This document shows positions 34,388 through 46,890 of a stretch of DNA of 64,000 nucleotides, piece after piece. A model generated the notes under the pieces. It was given only the letters and a program-made list of their open reading frames with translations, was not told the origin of the DNA and did not search any database. The DNA comes from Anthoceros angustus (Eukaryota > Plantae > Anthocerotophyta): contig MU008159.1 in NCBI GenBank assembly GCA_010909165.1, positions 310,001 through 374,000 on the forward strand. The letters are read 5' to 3'. Position numbers and translations under genes: made by a program. Numbering within the stretch: the stretch's first letter is position 1; each line of letters opens with the position of its first letter.

Positions 34388-37300
34388 TGTAAGGGTATTA
34401 AAGCCCAATATACTTAGACTAATACACTTAGTCTAAGTTAGGTGTCAGTTAAGTATCATTAGCTTAGCTTAAGCTAATCACTAGGAAGCTTCTTGTGCTC
34501 CTTCCTAGGAGCTTCTTGTGGAGCTTCCTAGGAGCTATTGGAGGTATAAATACCCTCCAAGCCTCATCTCAATGTGAGAGAGCTACTCTTGCCTCCTCCT
34601 CTCCTCTCCTCTTTCCACCCGCTGCCCACGATCCTTCAAGCGGTATCGAGCCATGGTTTGGTTGTGTTGTGATGCTAGAATTTTCTAGCTGCGGGCGCGG
34701 CGGCTCGTGGAATTGCGGGTGATCGGATCGCGGTCGAGGCGCGCCCGCGCGGTGGCGGGCGAGGCGTGGCCGACCGCGAGCGGCGGTGGCGCCCGGGCCA
34801 GCGCGAGCGCGCGAGCGGAGGCGCGGCACGGGCGCGGCGCGGCGCGAGGCGGGGCCTTGAGCGGCAGCCGGCCCAGCGCCCGCCGCCAGCCCGGCGAGCC
34901 GCCGAGCGCCGGCAGCCGAGCCGGCGGCGCGGCCGCGAGCGCCCCGCGCGGCCGGGAGCGCGCGCCGAGCCCCGGCCGGCGCCGAGCCCCGCGGCAGCCG
35001 GCGCCAGCCAGGCCCGGGCGCGCCCCGGCCCCGGCCAGGCGCCAGCCGAGCCCAGAGCGCCGGCGGCGCGCCCAGCGGCGGGCCCGAGCCGCGCCAGCCG
35101 CGGCCGGCCGGCCGGCGGCCCCCAGGCCGCGGCCTTGGCCAGCGGGGCCGCGGCGCGCGTAGCGGCGGCCCGCGCCAGCCGCCCGCGCGCCGCGGCGGCT
35201 GGCCGTGCAGCGCCTTGGCCGGTGGCGTGGGCGTGGGGCGTCGGGCGTGGCGCGTGTGCCGTCTTGGTAGCGATGCAGCCGCTGCGTGAGGGCGGCGCCG
35301 GGCGCCGCGGTGGAGTGCGAGCGGCGGTGGCGAAAAATTCGTCGAGCGATTCGGCGGATTACTCAGTGGAAATCAGCGGCAAAATACACGGACCGTGGTA
35401 TTTCTTCTTCTTTGACTTTTCTAACAAGGCGAGTTGAGTGTTTAATCTGTATCGATTTTTGAGTCATGATGTCTTCATCATTAGCGTCATGTTCAATATC
35501 GAGAAGTTAGATGGTACTAACTTCCGTTACGGAAAGAACAAGTGTATAATGTTCTAGTGCGAGCGGATCAAGCCCATAAAGTTGTTAGGCGTCAAACCGG
35601 ATAGTATGACTCGGATGAGTGGCGGGACTGGATGAGCTTGCTAGATCTACTATCATGCTAACATTGTCAAAAGCAGTGTACTTCAATGTGAAAGATAAGA
35701 CCACGAGTTACGTGTGGCGGATGTGACACTATGAGAAGCAAAGTGCGGCTTCGGTGTATTGTTATTGAAGCGTGGTGGACTTGAAGATGAAGGAAGGGAG
35801 GATGTCCGATCATCGAATGATTTCAATACCATTTTCAGCCACTCATCTCAAGGTATCACGTTCCCAGTTAGTGAGAGCTATGTTTACATTGGTCACATTA
35901 CGGAGGTTGGGATACCTTTAAATGCGGCTCGAGTAATTGCACTTTGCTAGTGGTCTTACCATTGTAAATGTAGAAGGTAGCACATTGGCGAGGAGGTGAG
36001 CAGGAAAAATGGAACCTTCAAAGGTTCCGGTGCCCTCATAGTGAGAGGGAGGTCCCGAAGGGAAGCAACGGAGAAGCTTCTCTCGTAGCAAATCTAAAGT
36101 CGTAACAAGAATGTGGAGTGTCACTATTGTCACAAAAGGGTCACTTCAAAAGAGTGCGAGAAGTTCAAAAGGACCAAGGAAAAGAAGCGGCGACAAGAAG
36201 GCGACTTAAATGCATCGGTTGGAAGAGTTAAACTACGTTGAGGACGGAGATGTCCTTATCTCTTCTTACTTGAATCTTGCACTGATGCGTGGATAGTCAT
36301 TTATTACGCAATTGGATAATTGACTCGGTGCATCTTTCCATGTTACTCCGCATAGAGTGGTTTAGCACGTATGATGCTACAAGGAAAGGATCGTTAGGCT
36401 TGGAAATAACTATGCATGCGGATCGCGTGGGTGATGTGCAACTCAAGTTTGACAACGGATCTTCATTCATCTTTGAAGGGCGTTAGGCATGTTCGAAGTT
36501 GACAAAGAGCATGATTAGCGCGGGCGGTTGGATGATCTTTACCTTCTGGTTTGGGGATCACTCTTGGAAGATCTCCAAAGGTTCTCTGTGTTAGCTCGTG
36601 GATCGAGTGTGGCACTTTGTACTCACTTGTAAACCTGTCAAAGATCATGTGATGCATGTGACGGAGCAAAATGTTTCCTTGTGGCATTGCCGGTTAGGAC
36701 ATATGTCTCGAGAAGGGAATGAAGGTTTTATCTCGTTACGGTTATATCCTTCTTAACTTCTCGATCTCTCGATGTGTGAGCACTTTGTTTATATGGGAAG
36801 CAGACAAAATCATCACATCGAACACGAGGTAAAAGTAGAAGTAAACCTCTTGAGTTGGTTCACGATGTATGTGGACCTATGCCTCTCTGCATCATTAGGC
36901 GGTGCCTCTATTTTGTCACTTTCATAGATGATTTCTCACGCAAGGTGTGGGTTTATCCTTTGAGGAAAAGGATGAAGTTACGGTGTTTGAAATTTGTCAC
37001 CCTTAGAGAATCGATCGCCACCGATTGAAGTGTCTAAGGGCGATAATGGTGGTGGAGTATGTTTCAGCTTTCGTCATTACAGATTCCAAGGGAATCAAAA
37101 GATTATTGTATCTCCTCCACAAAATGGTGTGGGGCGGATGAGCAGAACCATTCGAGGAGAGGATCGTGGTTTGTTGTCAAACTCGGATTGCCTAATGGGT
37201 TTTGGGCGAGCGATGTCTCTGCGGTTCATCTTATTAACGAGATCTCCTAATAAAATTGATGAGCGAGTTCGAGGAGCTATAGTGCGGAAAGAAACCATCC

Positions 37301-39426
37301 TACAAGCATCTGCGAGTGTTTGGTACATGAGGCATCTTGCCATGTTCCAAAAGAGTTTCGGGACAAGTTGGCACCTAAGTCCAAGAAATGTATTTTTCTT
37401 GGCTATGGTGATTAGTGAGATGGGATACCGTTGTGGGATCCGAGGCTAGAAAGGTTGTTCGTACTAACGTGTTCTTCAATGAGAACAAGATGCACGGAAG
37501 CCTACTCCAAGCTGGAGGTGCGAAGGGTGATCTTCAAGAAGATGGACATGATCATCATGGGCGGGTTGCGTAATGTGTGCGAGCACATTCCTCCAGATGA
37601 ACCAAGAGTCGAACAAGCTCCTATAGAGGTGCACAGCCGTGGGTCGAGGCGGGGATTACGACCTCACGGTATGATCCATCTCGGATTATGTTATCTTTGA
37701 CAGTTGTGGGAACCCTCTTCTTACAAAGAGGCTGTCAGGTAACAAAGAAGTGGGAGAAGGCCATGCGATCGAAATGAATTTCATAAGAACCAAACTTGGG
37801 AGTTGGTTAGTTGCCTAAGGATAAGAAGGCACTCAGGCAAATGGGTGTACAAGATGAAGGTCATACGCTTGATGGCAAACCAAAGTACAAGGCGTGTTGC
37901 TAAGGGTTTCAAGCAACAACGAGGGCTTTGATGAGATTTTCTCACCGTCAAAATGACAACTTTGCGATGTGTTCTTGCTTTGGTTGCGAGGATGATATGG
38001 AACTTGCGGATGGATGTCAAGGCGGCATTCTTGCATGGTGACCTTCAAGAGGGGTCTACATGCGCAACGGAAGGTTTTGTTGAGAAGGGCAAGAGCATCG
38101 GTGTGCGAGGTTGAGGAAGAGCCTTTATGGTTTGAAAGCAGGCACCAGTGGTATCACAAGTTCCACTCATTTATGCTTTCTCAAGGCTACAAGCGTGGCG
38201 ATGAGGATCATTGCCTCTATCTGAAAGCAAGCTAAGGATCAAAGCTTGCTCATTTTGATCCTCTATGTGGATGATATGCTAATTCTTTGGAGCGATCTTG
38301 ATGAGATTTGTTGAAGTCAAAGTTGAATGCTCACTTTGAAATGACAGACTTGGGAGGCGAGCCATATACTTGGCGTGTATTCGTCGGAGCAGACATAAGC
38401 GTGCTTTATTTGTCTCGAGGAATACATTAATGGGTGCTTCAACGTTTCAACATGGAGAAGGGAAGCCATTGGGTACTCCATTGCCTCCATATGTGAAACT
38501 TTCAAGCGATTGCCCAAGCTACGAGGAGGACAAATGAAATGGAGAAGGTCCCATACTCATCATGTAGGGAGTTTGATGTATGCAATGATTGCTACTCGTC
38601 ACGACATTGCCTTTGCGGTGGGAGTGGTTAGCAGTTTATGTCAAACGGCAAGAAGCATTGGGAGGCGATAAAAGGAGTTATGAGGTATCGAATGGTACAA
38701 AAGCTTTGTGCATATGTTTTGGTAGTGAAGATGCATGTGGTTGGGTACAGATCTTGATTATCACGGGGATATGGACAAAAGGAGGTCCATCGAGTTATGT
38801 CTTCACGTGCCTTTGGAGGCGATCTCATGGCGATCTCGTTTGCGATCGTGCATTCGCTATCTACCACAGAGTATGTTGCGACAGCGAGGCTTGCAAGGAA
38901 GCCATATGGCTTGCTCGTTTAGTGGGAGACTTGGGGATCAAGGTTGAGGTGTTGCATTGTGATAGCAGTGCTATCAATTGGCAAAGAATCCGATGTTTCA
39001 TGCGAAGACTAAACATGTGGATGTGAAGTATCACTTCATTCGAGAGGTGTTGGACGAGAGGGTACAACTTGTCAAGGTTCACACCGAACCTGAGATATTC
39101 TTACCAAGGGACTCTCTACGAATTTGCACAAGCTCGGACAGTGGGCATGAGATAGTCCATTCTCCTCTGAAGGTAAATTGGCCTTTAAGTGGGAGGTTGT
39201 AAGGGTATTAAAGCCCAATGCTTAGACTAATACACTTAGTCTAAGTTAGGTGTCGATTAAGTATCATTAGTTTAGCAAGCTAATCACTAGGAAGCTTCTT
39301 GTGCTCCTTCTTGGGAGCTTCTTGTGGAGCTTCCTGAGCCTATTGGAGGTATAAATACCCAAGCCTCATCTCATGTGAGAGAGCTACTCTTGCCTCCTCC
39401 TCTCCTCTCCTCCCACGCGTCCATCA
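34388..39426 (+). mobile_element. Nested full-length Ty1/copia (Tork/Tnt1-like), LTRs 34388-34638 and 39198-39426
   Basis: Both LTRs start TGTAAGGGTATTAAAGCCCAAT; PBS-like AGCGGTATCGAGC (34639-34651); PPT AAGTGGGAGGT (39187-39197); interrupts the host copia gag. Confidence 0.9.
35466..39160 (+). pseudogene. gag-pol of the nested copia, frameshifted
   Basis: FNIEKLDGTNF, CHYCHKKGH knuckle, WIIDS protease, LWHCRLGHMS, YFVTFIDDFSRKVWVYPLR, QWYHKFHSFMLSQGY, LYVDDML, AKTKHVDVKYHFIRE. Confidence 0.9.
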
Positions 39427-40000
39427 CCGAGGTCACATTTGAAGCCTTTGCCACTTTTCGATTTAGCTTAGAAGCATTAAAGGAGGTCACAAAATGTGAC
39501 CGGATTCGAAGTGATATGAGGAAGTAAAGGGCAAGCATATCATCCTTGATAATCTCATTTGATGCACTTTCAAACAAGAGTTACAAGTGTCCAAGGTGTT
39601 TCTCTATTGATTCACCATCTTTCATCTTGCAAAGTTGTAAATTTATGAGCATCATCGACTTGTCGATTCTGCTGCATACAGTCTGAAGTTTGAACCCGGA
39701 TATCTCTGAAGTTGTACATCCGGATGTCATCTCGGCATCTCGAGGTAAGACCACTCGGATGAGGAACATGGCTGCTTGATCTTTGGCATCCCATGTTTCA
39801 GTAATCTATTTTCAATTTGTTGTGGGCGAGTTGAGACTCTTGGGAACTCTCTTCCCCAATAACCACCTTCGAGTTTCTTATTACAGGCTCCCTTCATGCG
39901 GATTACCCATATGTCGTAATCACGCCCACCAAACCTATCTTTTCCCTAAACCCTTCCCCACCCAAACTAGATGAGGATCGCCATTTTATTCCTTTGTGTT
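39427..40000 (-). pseudogene. Host copia gag, N-terminal part
   Basis: GRDYDIWVIRMKGA, WDAKDQAAMFLIRVVLPR, LCKMKDGESIEKHLGHL (UBN2-like). Confidence 0.85.
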
Positions 40001-42415
40001 TTGGGTTAGCTACTCCCAAGACACTAAGATCCTAAAGTGGTATGGAGGGGTTTAATATATCGTGACTTGAGACATGCTATTGTGACAAGGTCGAGGAGGA
40101 TATTGACGGCATTAGCGGTATGTCTCCTGCGGACTCTTGTTCTCTTAGTGCATTTACTATTCATGATTTCTTATTTCCCACTTATTGAATGCATACACTG
40201 AGCAGGAAGGGCAAGAGTTTGGAACACCAAACATGTGTTTCTTACTTGTTTTCTTAGCGTGCTTACAGGCTACTTCTCTGTATACAGGATTAGCGAGTAA
40301 AACATGCTTCAACAAGGTAAGAAGTTTGAAATCCGGATGTGATATCTTCCGCAAGTCTCTAACATCTACACTAGTTCTTTGAGACATTTTGTAGTATACT
40401 CGAAGCAGTATCTACATGTTCTTGATGTGCCTCAATTACATTTTACTAATTGAGTGACACTTGTGGCGAGTGCAACATGTGTTGTAGAAAACCTCTTTGT
40501 ATACCATTACCATCAAAGGCTCTTTGAACACGCACCTCGGTAGATTATCTCGATTCCTCGGTGGGAGAACAAGTACCAACTGGCGCTGATCTGGAAAGAG
40601 AACTTCAATCAAGGTATTAAACGATTCTCTTACTTCCAGAGAAAGCACAGGTTGATTTTGTGCATGAGCAATCCATTCAGTAACTTGTTGATGAAGTTGC
40701 TCTGCTATTATTTCCTGCGCTTCTTGTCTCCTGTAGAGATTTTGATTTTGAATTCTCTCTGCAGGGCGAGGCTCCCACTGGCGCCCATCGAGGCGATTAG
40801 CCATTCATCAGACCAAGTTGTATGTTGTTAAATGCTTTCTTTAGACATTATCTTTTCTATAATTATATTAATCGTTTCTTGCAGTTAGGTAGTTGTCCTT
40901 GAGCATTTCTTGAATTTGCTTGAATAGCAAATCGTGAAAAGTGCACAAAATTACTTTATGTGCCAAGAATTGTATTCAAAATCTATAGAAAAATAAAGGG
41001 CAAGCATATCATCCTTGATAACCTCATTTGATGCACTTTCCTTTGAAACAAGAGTTCAAGTGTCCAAGGTGTTTCTCTATTGATTCACCATCTTTCATCT
41101 TGCAAAGTTGTAAATTTCGCAAGGTCATCCGACTTGTCGATTCTGCACATACAATCTCAAGTCCGAACGGATTCTGCGAAGTTGTACATCCGGATGTCTC
41201 GGCAAAGATCTCCGAGGTAAGACCACTCGGATGAGGAACATGGCTGCTTGATCTTTGGCATCCCATGTTTCCTGTAATCTATTTGTTGTGGCGGAGTTGA
41301 GACTACTAGGGGCTCTCTTCCCCAATAACCACCTTCCGAGTTTCTTATTAAGGCTCCTTCATGCGGATTACCCATATGTCGTAATCCGCCCACCAAACCT
41401 ATCTTTTCCCTAAACCCTTCCCCACCCAAACTAGATGAGGATCACCATCTTTATTCCTTTGTGTTTTGGGTTAGCTACTCCCAAGACACTAAGATCTAAA
41501 GTGGTCAGAGGGGTTTAATATATCGTGACTTAGACACATGCTATTAGGTCCAAGGTCGAGAGGATATTGACATTAGCGGTATGTCTCCTGCACTCTTGTT
41601 CTCTTAGCATTTACTATTCTGATTTCTTATTTCCCACTTATTGAATGCATACACGAGGGGAAGGGCATGAGTTTGGAACACCAAACATGTGTTTCTTACT
41701 TGTTTTCTTAGCGTGCTTACAGGCTACTTCTCATGCTCTGATTAGCGAGTAAAACAGCTTCAACAAGGTAAAAGTTTGAAATCCGGATGTGATATCTTCG
41801 CAAGTCTCTAACATCTACACTAGTTCTTGAGACCTTTGTAGTATACTAAAACGAGTATCTACATGTTTGATGTGCCTCAATTACATTTTACTAATTGAGT
41901 AACACTTGTGGCGGTGCAACATGTGTTGTTAGAAAACCTCTTTGTATACCATTACCATCAAAGGCTCTTTGAACACGCACCTCGTAGATTATCCGGATTC
42001 CTCGGTGGGAGAACAAGTACCAAATGGCCGATCCGAAAGAGAACTTCAATCAAGGTATTAAACGATTCTCTTACTTCCAGAAAGCACGTTGATTTTGTGC
42101 ATGAGCAATCCATTCAAGAACTTGTTGATGAAGTTGCTCGCTATTATTTCTCTTCTTGCCTCTGTAGAGATTTTGATTTTGAATTCTCTGCGGTGAGGCT
42201 CCGGCGCCCATCGATTAGCCATTCATCGGACCAAGTTGTATGTTGTTAAATGCTTTCTTTAGACATTATCTTTTCTATAATTATATTAACGTTTCTTAGA
42301 TTAGGTAGTTGTCCTTGAGCATTTCTTCCGAATTTGCTTGAATAGCAAATCGAAAAGTGCACAAAATTACGCCTTATGTGCCAAGAATTGTATTCAAAAT
42401 CTATAGAAAAATAAA
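39525..42415 (+). repeat. Tandem duplication, ~1469-bp unit (39525-40993 / 40994-42415)
   Basis: gag N-terminus and leader present twice; junction microhomology TAAA. Confidence 0.95.
40436..40804 (-). CDS. Extra 122-aa ORF in the copia 5' leader, unknown function
   Basis: ATG-initiated open frame between PBS and gag ending CCTRHKCH; duplicate copy at ~41880-42235 is frameshifted. Confidence 0.4.
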   Translation of the reverse strand: MANRLDGRQWEPRPAERIQNQNLYRRQEAQEIIAEQLHQQVTEWIAHAQNQPVLSLEVRESFNTLIEVLFPDQRQLVLVLPPRNRDNLPRCVFKEPLMVMVYKEVFYNTCCTRHKCHSISKM

Positions 42416-44499
42416 ACAACATAAACTTGTCTTCTTGTTTTTCTGTTTTTATCTTCTTGATAAAGCATACATTATCTAAATCAAGAACTATAAAAACTAT
42501 ATGTAAATGCATCTTTTCAATGCATTTCTCAATGTAAATAGCAAACAATTAACTGCATATTGCTCGATACCATTTCAATATAATTGAAAATATGCGAATG
42601 TTTTAATATAAATTGATTGAACTACATTTTCTATATATGTGTGTATATATGTTCATAAAAGAACTCGTTGTTTTAAACAATGTACCGCGGAAACGATGCT
42701 ATCCAAACGTCAGAACCCTAATGAACCAAGGTGTAGGTATTTAACTTAACTTAACTACCAAAGCCTAATCATTATTCCAAAGACATATATCTTAATATGA
42801 AGGGCACTTGTGGATACTTAAAATCTTAAGCTCCTCTACCAGCATCCACATGCACCACTTTCTCTTGTGGTGCTCCTCCTCTTGGAACCTCCTTTGTTCC
42901 GGCTACCATTTGTTTCCTGGCAAGTCTCTCCTCTCCTCACGGAGCACCCTTCGCCCTAGCTCTTTTGGAGTCCCAGCTTCCAGTCCGAGCTTCTCCTCCA
43001 AAGTCACGGTCCTTCCGAATTCCTCTTCCATGTCCCGGATTTTGATGGCCTCACGAGAAGCCATCACTGCTCTCAGCGGCGTCCATTTCCTGGACGCCAC
43101 TTTCTCTCTCTCTTCCTAGAGCCTCTTTTGCCCTTCCGCTCTTGCTCTAATTGGGCAAAGTGTCTCTCCGTCTTCCGCCTCACGAATCTCACTGGCCACG
43201 CCCAATAGCTCTCTCCCCGCGACAACCTCCCTCTAGGACCTTCTCCACTCCATTTGGTCCACAAGATCCCACTGAGTTTCTCCACGGCCTTCTCCAATTT
43301 GGCTGCCTTCTCGCTTCGGACTCCATGGCCTCCAACCTGCCACTTGGTCCCCTCCCTCCCTCCTCGTTCATTCACCTGCCCGGCTTCCTCCCCGGTGCCC
43401 ATAAGAGGCTGCTAGTTCCCTAGCCCCCTTCAAGTCTACATTGCCGAGTGCTTACAAGCCTCGAATTGCCCAACACCTTGCCCCAGTGCCGGGCTTCCTT
43501 GCTCGGAATTTCCAGCTCCCTTCAACACCCTAACATCACTGCCACCGTGGTAAATTCCCCTCACACGTCCCATCCCGCTTCTTCGCCTGCAGTGAAAGGC
43601 GGCTGAGGCCCGCCACCGCTTCAGCACTTCCCTTCCCACTGCTGCACCGACTGTAGGGATTTCTACCTACCATAGGTCAGCCCCTCACCGCTGAGTCCGC
43701 CCCACCTACTGCGGTGGTATCTTGGCGCCCACCTGGGTAGCTGCCTCCCACTGTAGGCCGGTGCCTCTTCCCTGGCATCCATGCAATGTGGGGACTCTCT
43801 CACCTGGCTCTGCACCCCACCTGGGCCCTTCTCTCATAGACACCACTTGGCCCTCCTTGGCGGTTTTGCTCTTCTAACACGAGCAATATTCATACCGCTA
43901 ATAATGTACGTGTGATGGAAAAATTGCCGCTTGGTACTTTCTTACAAGGCCATTAATTCACTCCAAACACGCCCCTTCGAAAAGCACATGCGCTGGCAAG
44001 CAATCATTGGATTGAGATTTGAATCGTGTCCAAAGGGGTCCGAATGAAGGTGCTAAGGCGTGGATGCTATGGACAAGCGCAATGCTCGTAAGAGTGCGTC
44101 CGCCTGACAGAGTTCAAAACGGCCTCATGGCCGCATACGTAACAACTTGCTACTAGAAGATCCGTGTCATCCACTCCAAAGACAACGCCCATACGACATA
44201 CAGCACAAAGAAGAAAACGTTCTAGCCACCTAAGGAAGTTCACGGTCCAAGATTCAACCACACAAAACCGGCTTCACTATCGGGAACTACGGTGGCGTTC
44301 TCGGCGTTCTTCATATCTCCGAAGAGTCAACGACCATCGCCGCTGGCGTCGTCTTCCTTCCGTCAACCCGGTACGTGCCATGACCTCTAGTGTCTTGCCC
44401 TCATCGGCGGGTCTCCAGTCCTTTCTTTCATTCGCTTGACCCTAGAGGCACAATTTGAGCCTTCCCAATATCCTTCTCGACGCAAACCTCCTTGGCCCG

Positions 44500-46030
44500 G
44501 TGAGATGGACCACGGATGCGGCTCATGTGTCGGCTCCTCCTCCGCATCCGGCGTGCATATCCATGTACACGCGTGGAATGAATTACGCACACCTCTTATG
44601 CCTCGATAGAAATACAATTTCGGCCGACAACAAGGCACCATTAAAGATGACCCACTACACGCACATGCATCCAATATCCAGTCCCTTCCTTGGAGAATGT
44701 CTTGATAAGCTTCATCATCAAACCTAAAGGCGGTAGGGACGGACAACAAGTTTGTCAAGTGAATGATAAACCGACTTTTCACGTATGGTGGGCAATCACC
44801 GACCACCATTATTGAAAGTGCCGCAAAACATTAGGTAACATGACCCAGCAACTCGAGCTTTTCTTGACCCCCACCGGTGACATACTCCACCGTATCAAAC
44901 CCACCCTTGTCGTTGTTGACATTTGTCTTGTCCACACAAATGAAACAAGACCACCCCTCAGCACCACTTAGCATAGGCTCCGCACAATATGTGAATCTTC
45001 CACACCATGCATTATGATCATCTGATCGCTCGCATTCGGTCAAGTCATGGAAGGAATGCAAAACATTACCAACTTGCCAAATATCAAACCTTCCATCCTT
45101 GGGCCCTTCTCGAATCCACGTGGGACATCCATCACAAGCAAAGAGTAACTCCTCTTCCTCACAAAACCTCGCATATCCGCATCTCGAGCATGAATAAATC
45201 TGTACTTTTTCTCCGGTGTGGGGCGGTGGTGCAACAATCCTCTTCAATGTCTGTCTGCGAGCTCTGTGCTCATCCTCCAAGCCCTTCCAAGTGTTGACCT
45301 CATAAATGAGCTGAAAGTTTTCGGGCACTTGGTAAGGACTTCAATGTCTTTGTTGCACAAAAGCAGGATGCTTGTCATTAGCATGCGGAGGGAGGCGGCA
45401 TCTTGCGCCTCCCCGCCCTCGGGCATCTAGACCGGGTGGGCGCGGCATGCGGCGTCCTCCTCGAGCAACCTAATTGGGGGGTGGCGCCGGCGGCGCCTCA
45501 ACTCCCGCGGGCGGCCGGCATGCAGGCGCCCATGACAAACGGTGAGGGAGGAGGAGGGCGCGGCATGCGGCGCCTCTCCTCCTCCTCCGCCCCCATACCA
45601 TATAAAGTTCTAAGAAACTAGAGAGTATGATAACATACCTTTCCCTCGAAAGCGATGAACAGCGACTACTTCGTCGGTGGAATGTTGTGTACTCTTGCCT
45701 CACCATCTCAAAAGATGAACATCCTAAGTGCTTCGCCATGGCCACTTGGATGATATGCAATTTCTTGCAATATAATTTCATCCGACATTCCTTCAAATCC
45801 ATAAGGCCTGAGAACTTTCTGGCATTAAGCATTTGCTGCCCGCCTCCCCCTCAGAATACCTTGAAAGCAACGCCATGGCTTTGTCTCTGCATCTCCTGGG
45901 CTTCACCAATATACCCTCAACTTGTTTTCTGCTCACCGCTTCCGCTTGCCTTTGCTCTTTTGCTCAATCCGCCGCCACATGTTTCTTCCTGCTCGCAAGT
46001 CACAAGCTCCCACTTTAAAAACGTGATGTT
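44500..46030 (-). pseudogene. Second methyltransferase-like gene, homologous to 12140-13381 (frameshifted)
   Basis: Colinear peptides: KKLHIIQVAMAKH vs KKFHVIQVAMVKH; NKDIEVLTK.PENFQLIYEVNTWKG vs DKDIEVLSKLPDAF..FEVNNWKG; ADMRGF..SLLVMDVPRGF (45112-45132); DKTNVNN..DTVEYVT; PLGLMMKLIKTFSKEG-DWILDACACSGSSL..GRNCISIE (44590-44731). Confidence 0.8.
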
Positions 46031-46129
46031 GGCTTCCAGTTTCATACTCTACCGCCTTACTAGATAGGTTGGTCGAACACCGGTCGACCGCTCGCTATGT
46101 AATGAAGGCGCCACTGGTCCATGCTTTTA

Positions 46130-46890
46130 CGTGGTCTACCGCTTGTCTTCCAAAATACCGGAGGCGCCATCATTGATACCCTAGCATGCACACTCCTAAT
46201 ATGTTTGAACATTTGTCACATGGGATGGCATTGGGTCCATGTGTTCCCTAGTTCTGTCAAGGTTAGTCACTTGTTTCTACCGCTTGTAGCGGTAAGCGGT
46301 GGCGCCGCATGCGGCCTCCTTCTCCACCCCGATTCACTCCTCATGTGTTTACGTTTTTGAAGGGATGGCATTTCGGCGGGGCCATGCGTCCACGAGTTAC
46401 TGCAAGGTAAGTCACTTGTTTCTCTTGTTTGTAGAAAATATAGGCGATGGAGGCAGCATGCGGGGCCTCCAGCGATAATCTAGCCCTTGCGATTCGCTCC
46501 TCATATGTTTCAGCGTTTGTCGGATGGGGCGGCATTTCGCGGGTCCATGTGTCCTAGTTCTTTCAAGGTAAGTCACTTGTTTCTACCGTGTAGGGCGGTG
46601 TAAGCGGTGGGCGCGGCATGCAGGCGCCTCCATTTACCCCGCTGATTCACTCGCATATGTTACAGCGTTTGTCGGAAGGGCGGCATTTGGCGGGACCATG
46701 CGTCCACATCTGTCCAAAAGTCACTTGTTTCTACCGTGCATGAAGATATATACGGTGGGCGGCATGCGGCGCCTCCGTGTTCTCTCTCCACCGCAGTTCA
46801 ATATCCATATGTTTGATGTTTTCGGAAAGGCGGAATTTCGAGTCCATCGTCCAAAAGTTCTCTCTAAGGTAAGTCAATCTCCTCACTCTT
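46130..46890. repeat. About five tandem ~150-bp repeats inside element 2
   Basis: GTCACTTGTTTC at 46266, 46411, 46572, 46720 and a degenerate copy at 46873. Confidence 0.85.

Larger units (their letters stand above)
27430..42797 (-). mobile_element. Ty1/copia element with both LTRs and TSD, containing a nested copia
   Basis: Matching LTRs 27430-27651 and 42573-42797; TGAAG TSD at 27425-27429 and 42798-42802; minus-strand PBS TGGTATCGAGC (42562-42572) and PPT AAGTGGGAG (27652-27660). The flanks rejoin as an open coiled-coil frame SALQAKMTNQLREVREEN. Confidence 0.85.

Noticed and set aside
34569-35437. Long Arg/Ala/Pro-rich ORFs on both strands
   Set aside because: Open only because the near-pure GC tract lacks stop codons.
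34383-39431. TSD for the nested copia
   Set aside because: Flanks CTGGC and CCGAG do not match; none claimed.
44831-45328. PHD-finger-like Cys pattern (CSRC, CDGC, FTYC, WSCFIC) in the 165-aa ORF
   Set aside because: Comparison with element 1 shows the conserved frames are ADMRGF..MDVPRGF and MIIMHGVEDSHIV; most of these Cys residues come from shifted frames.
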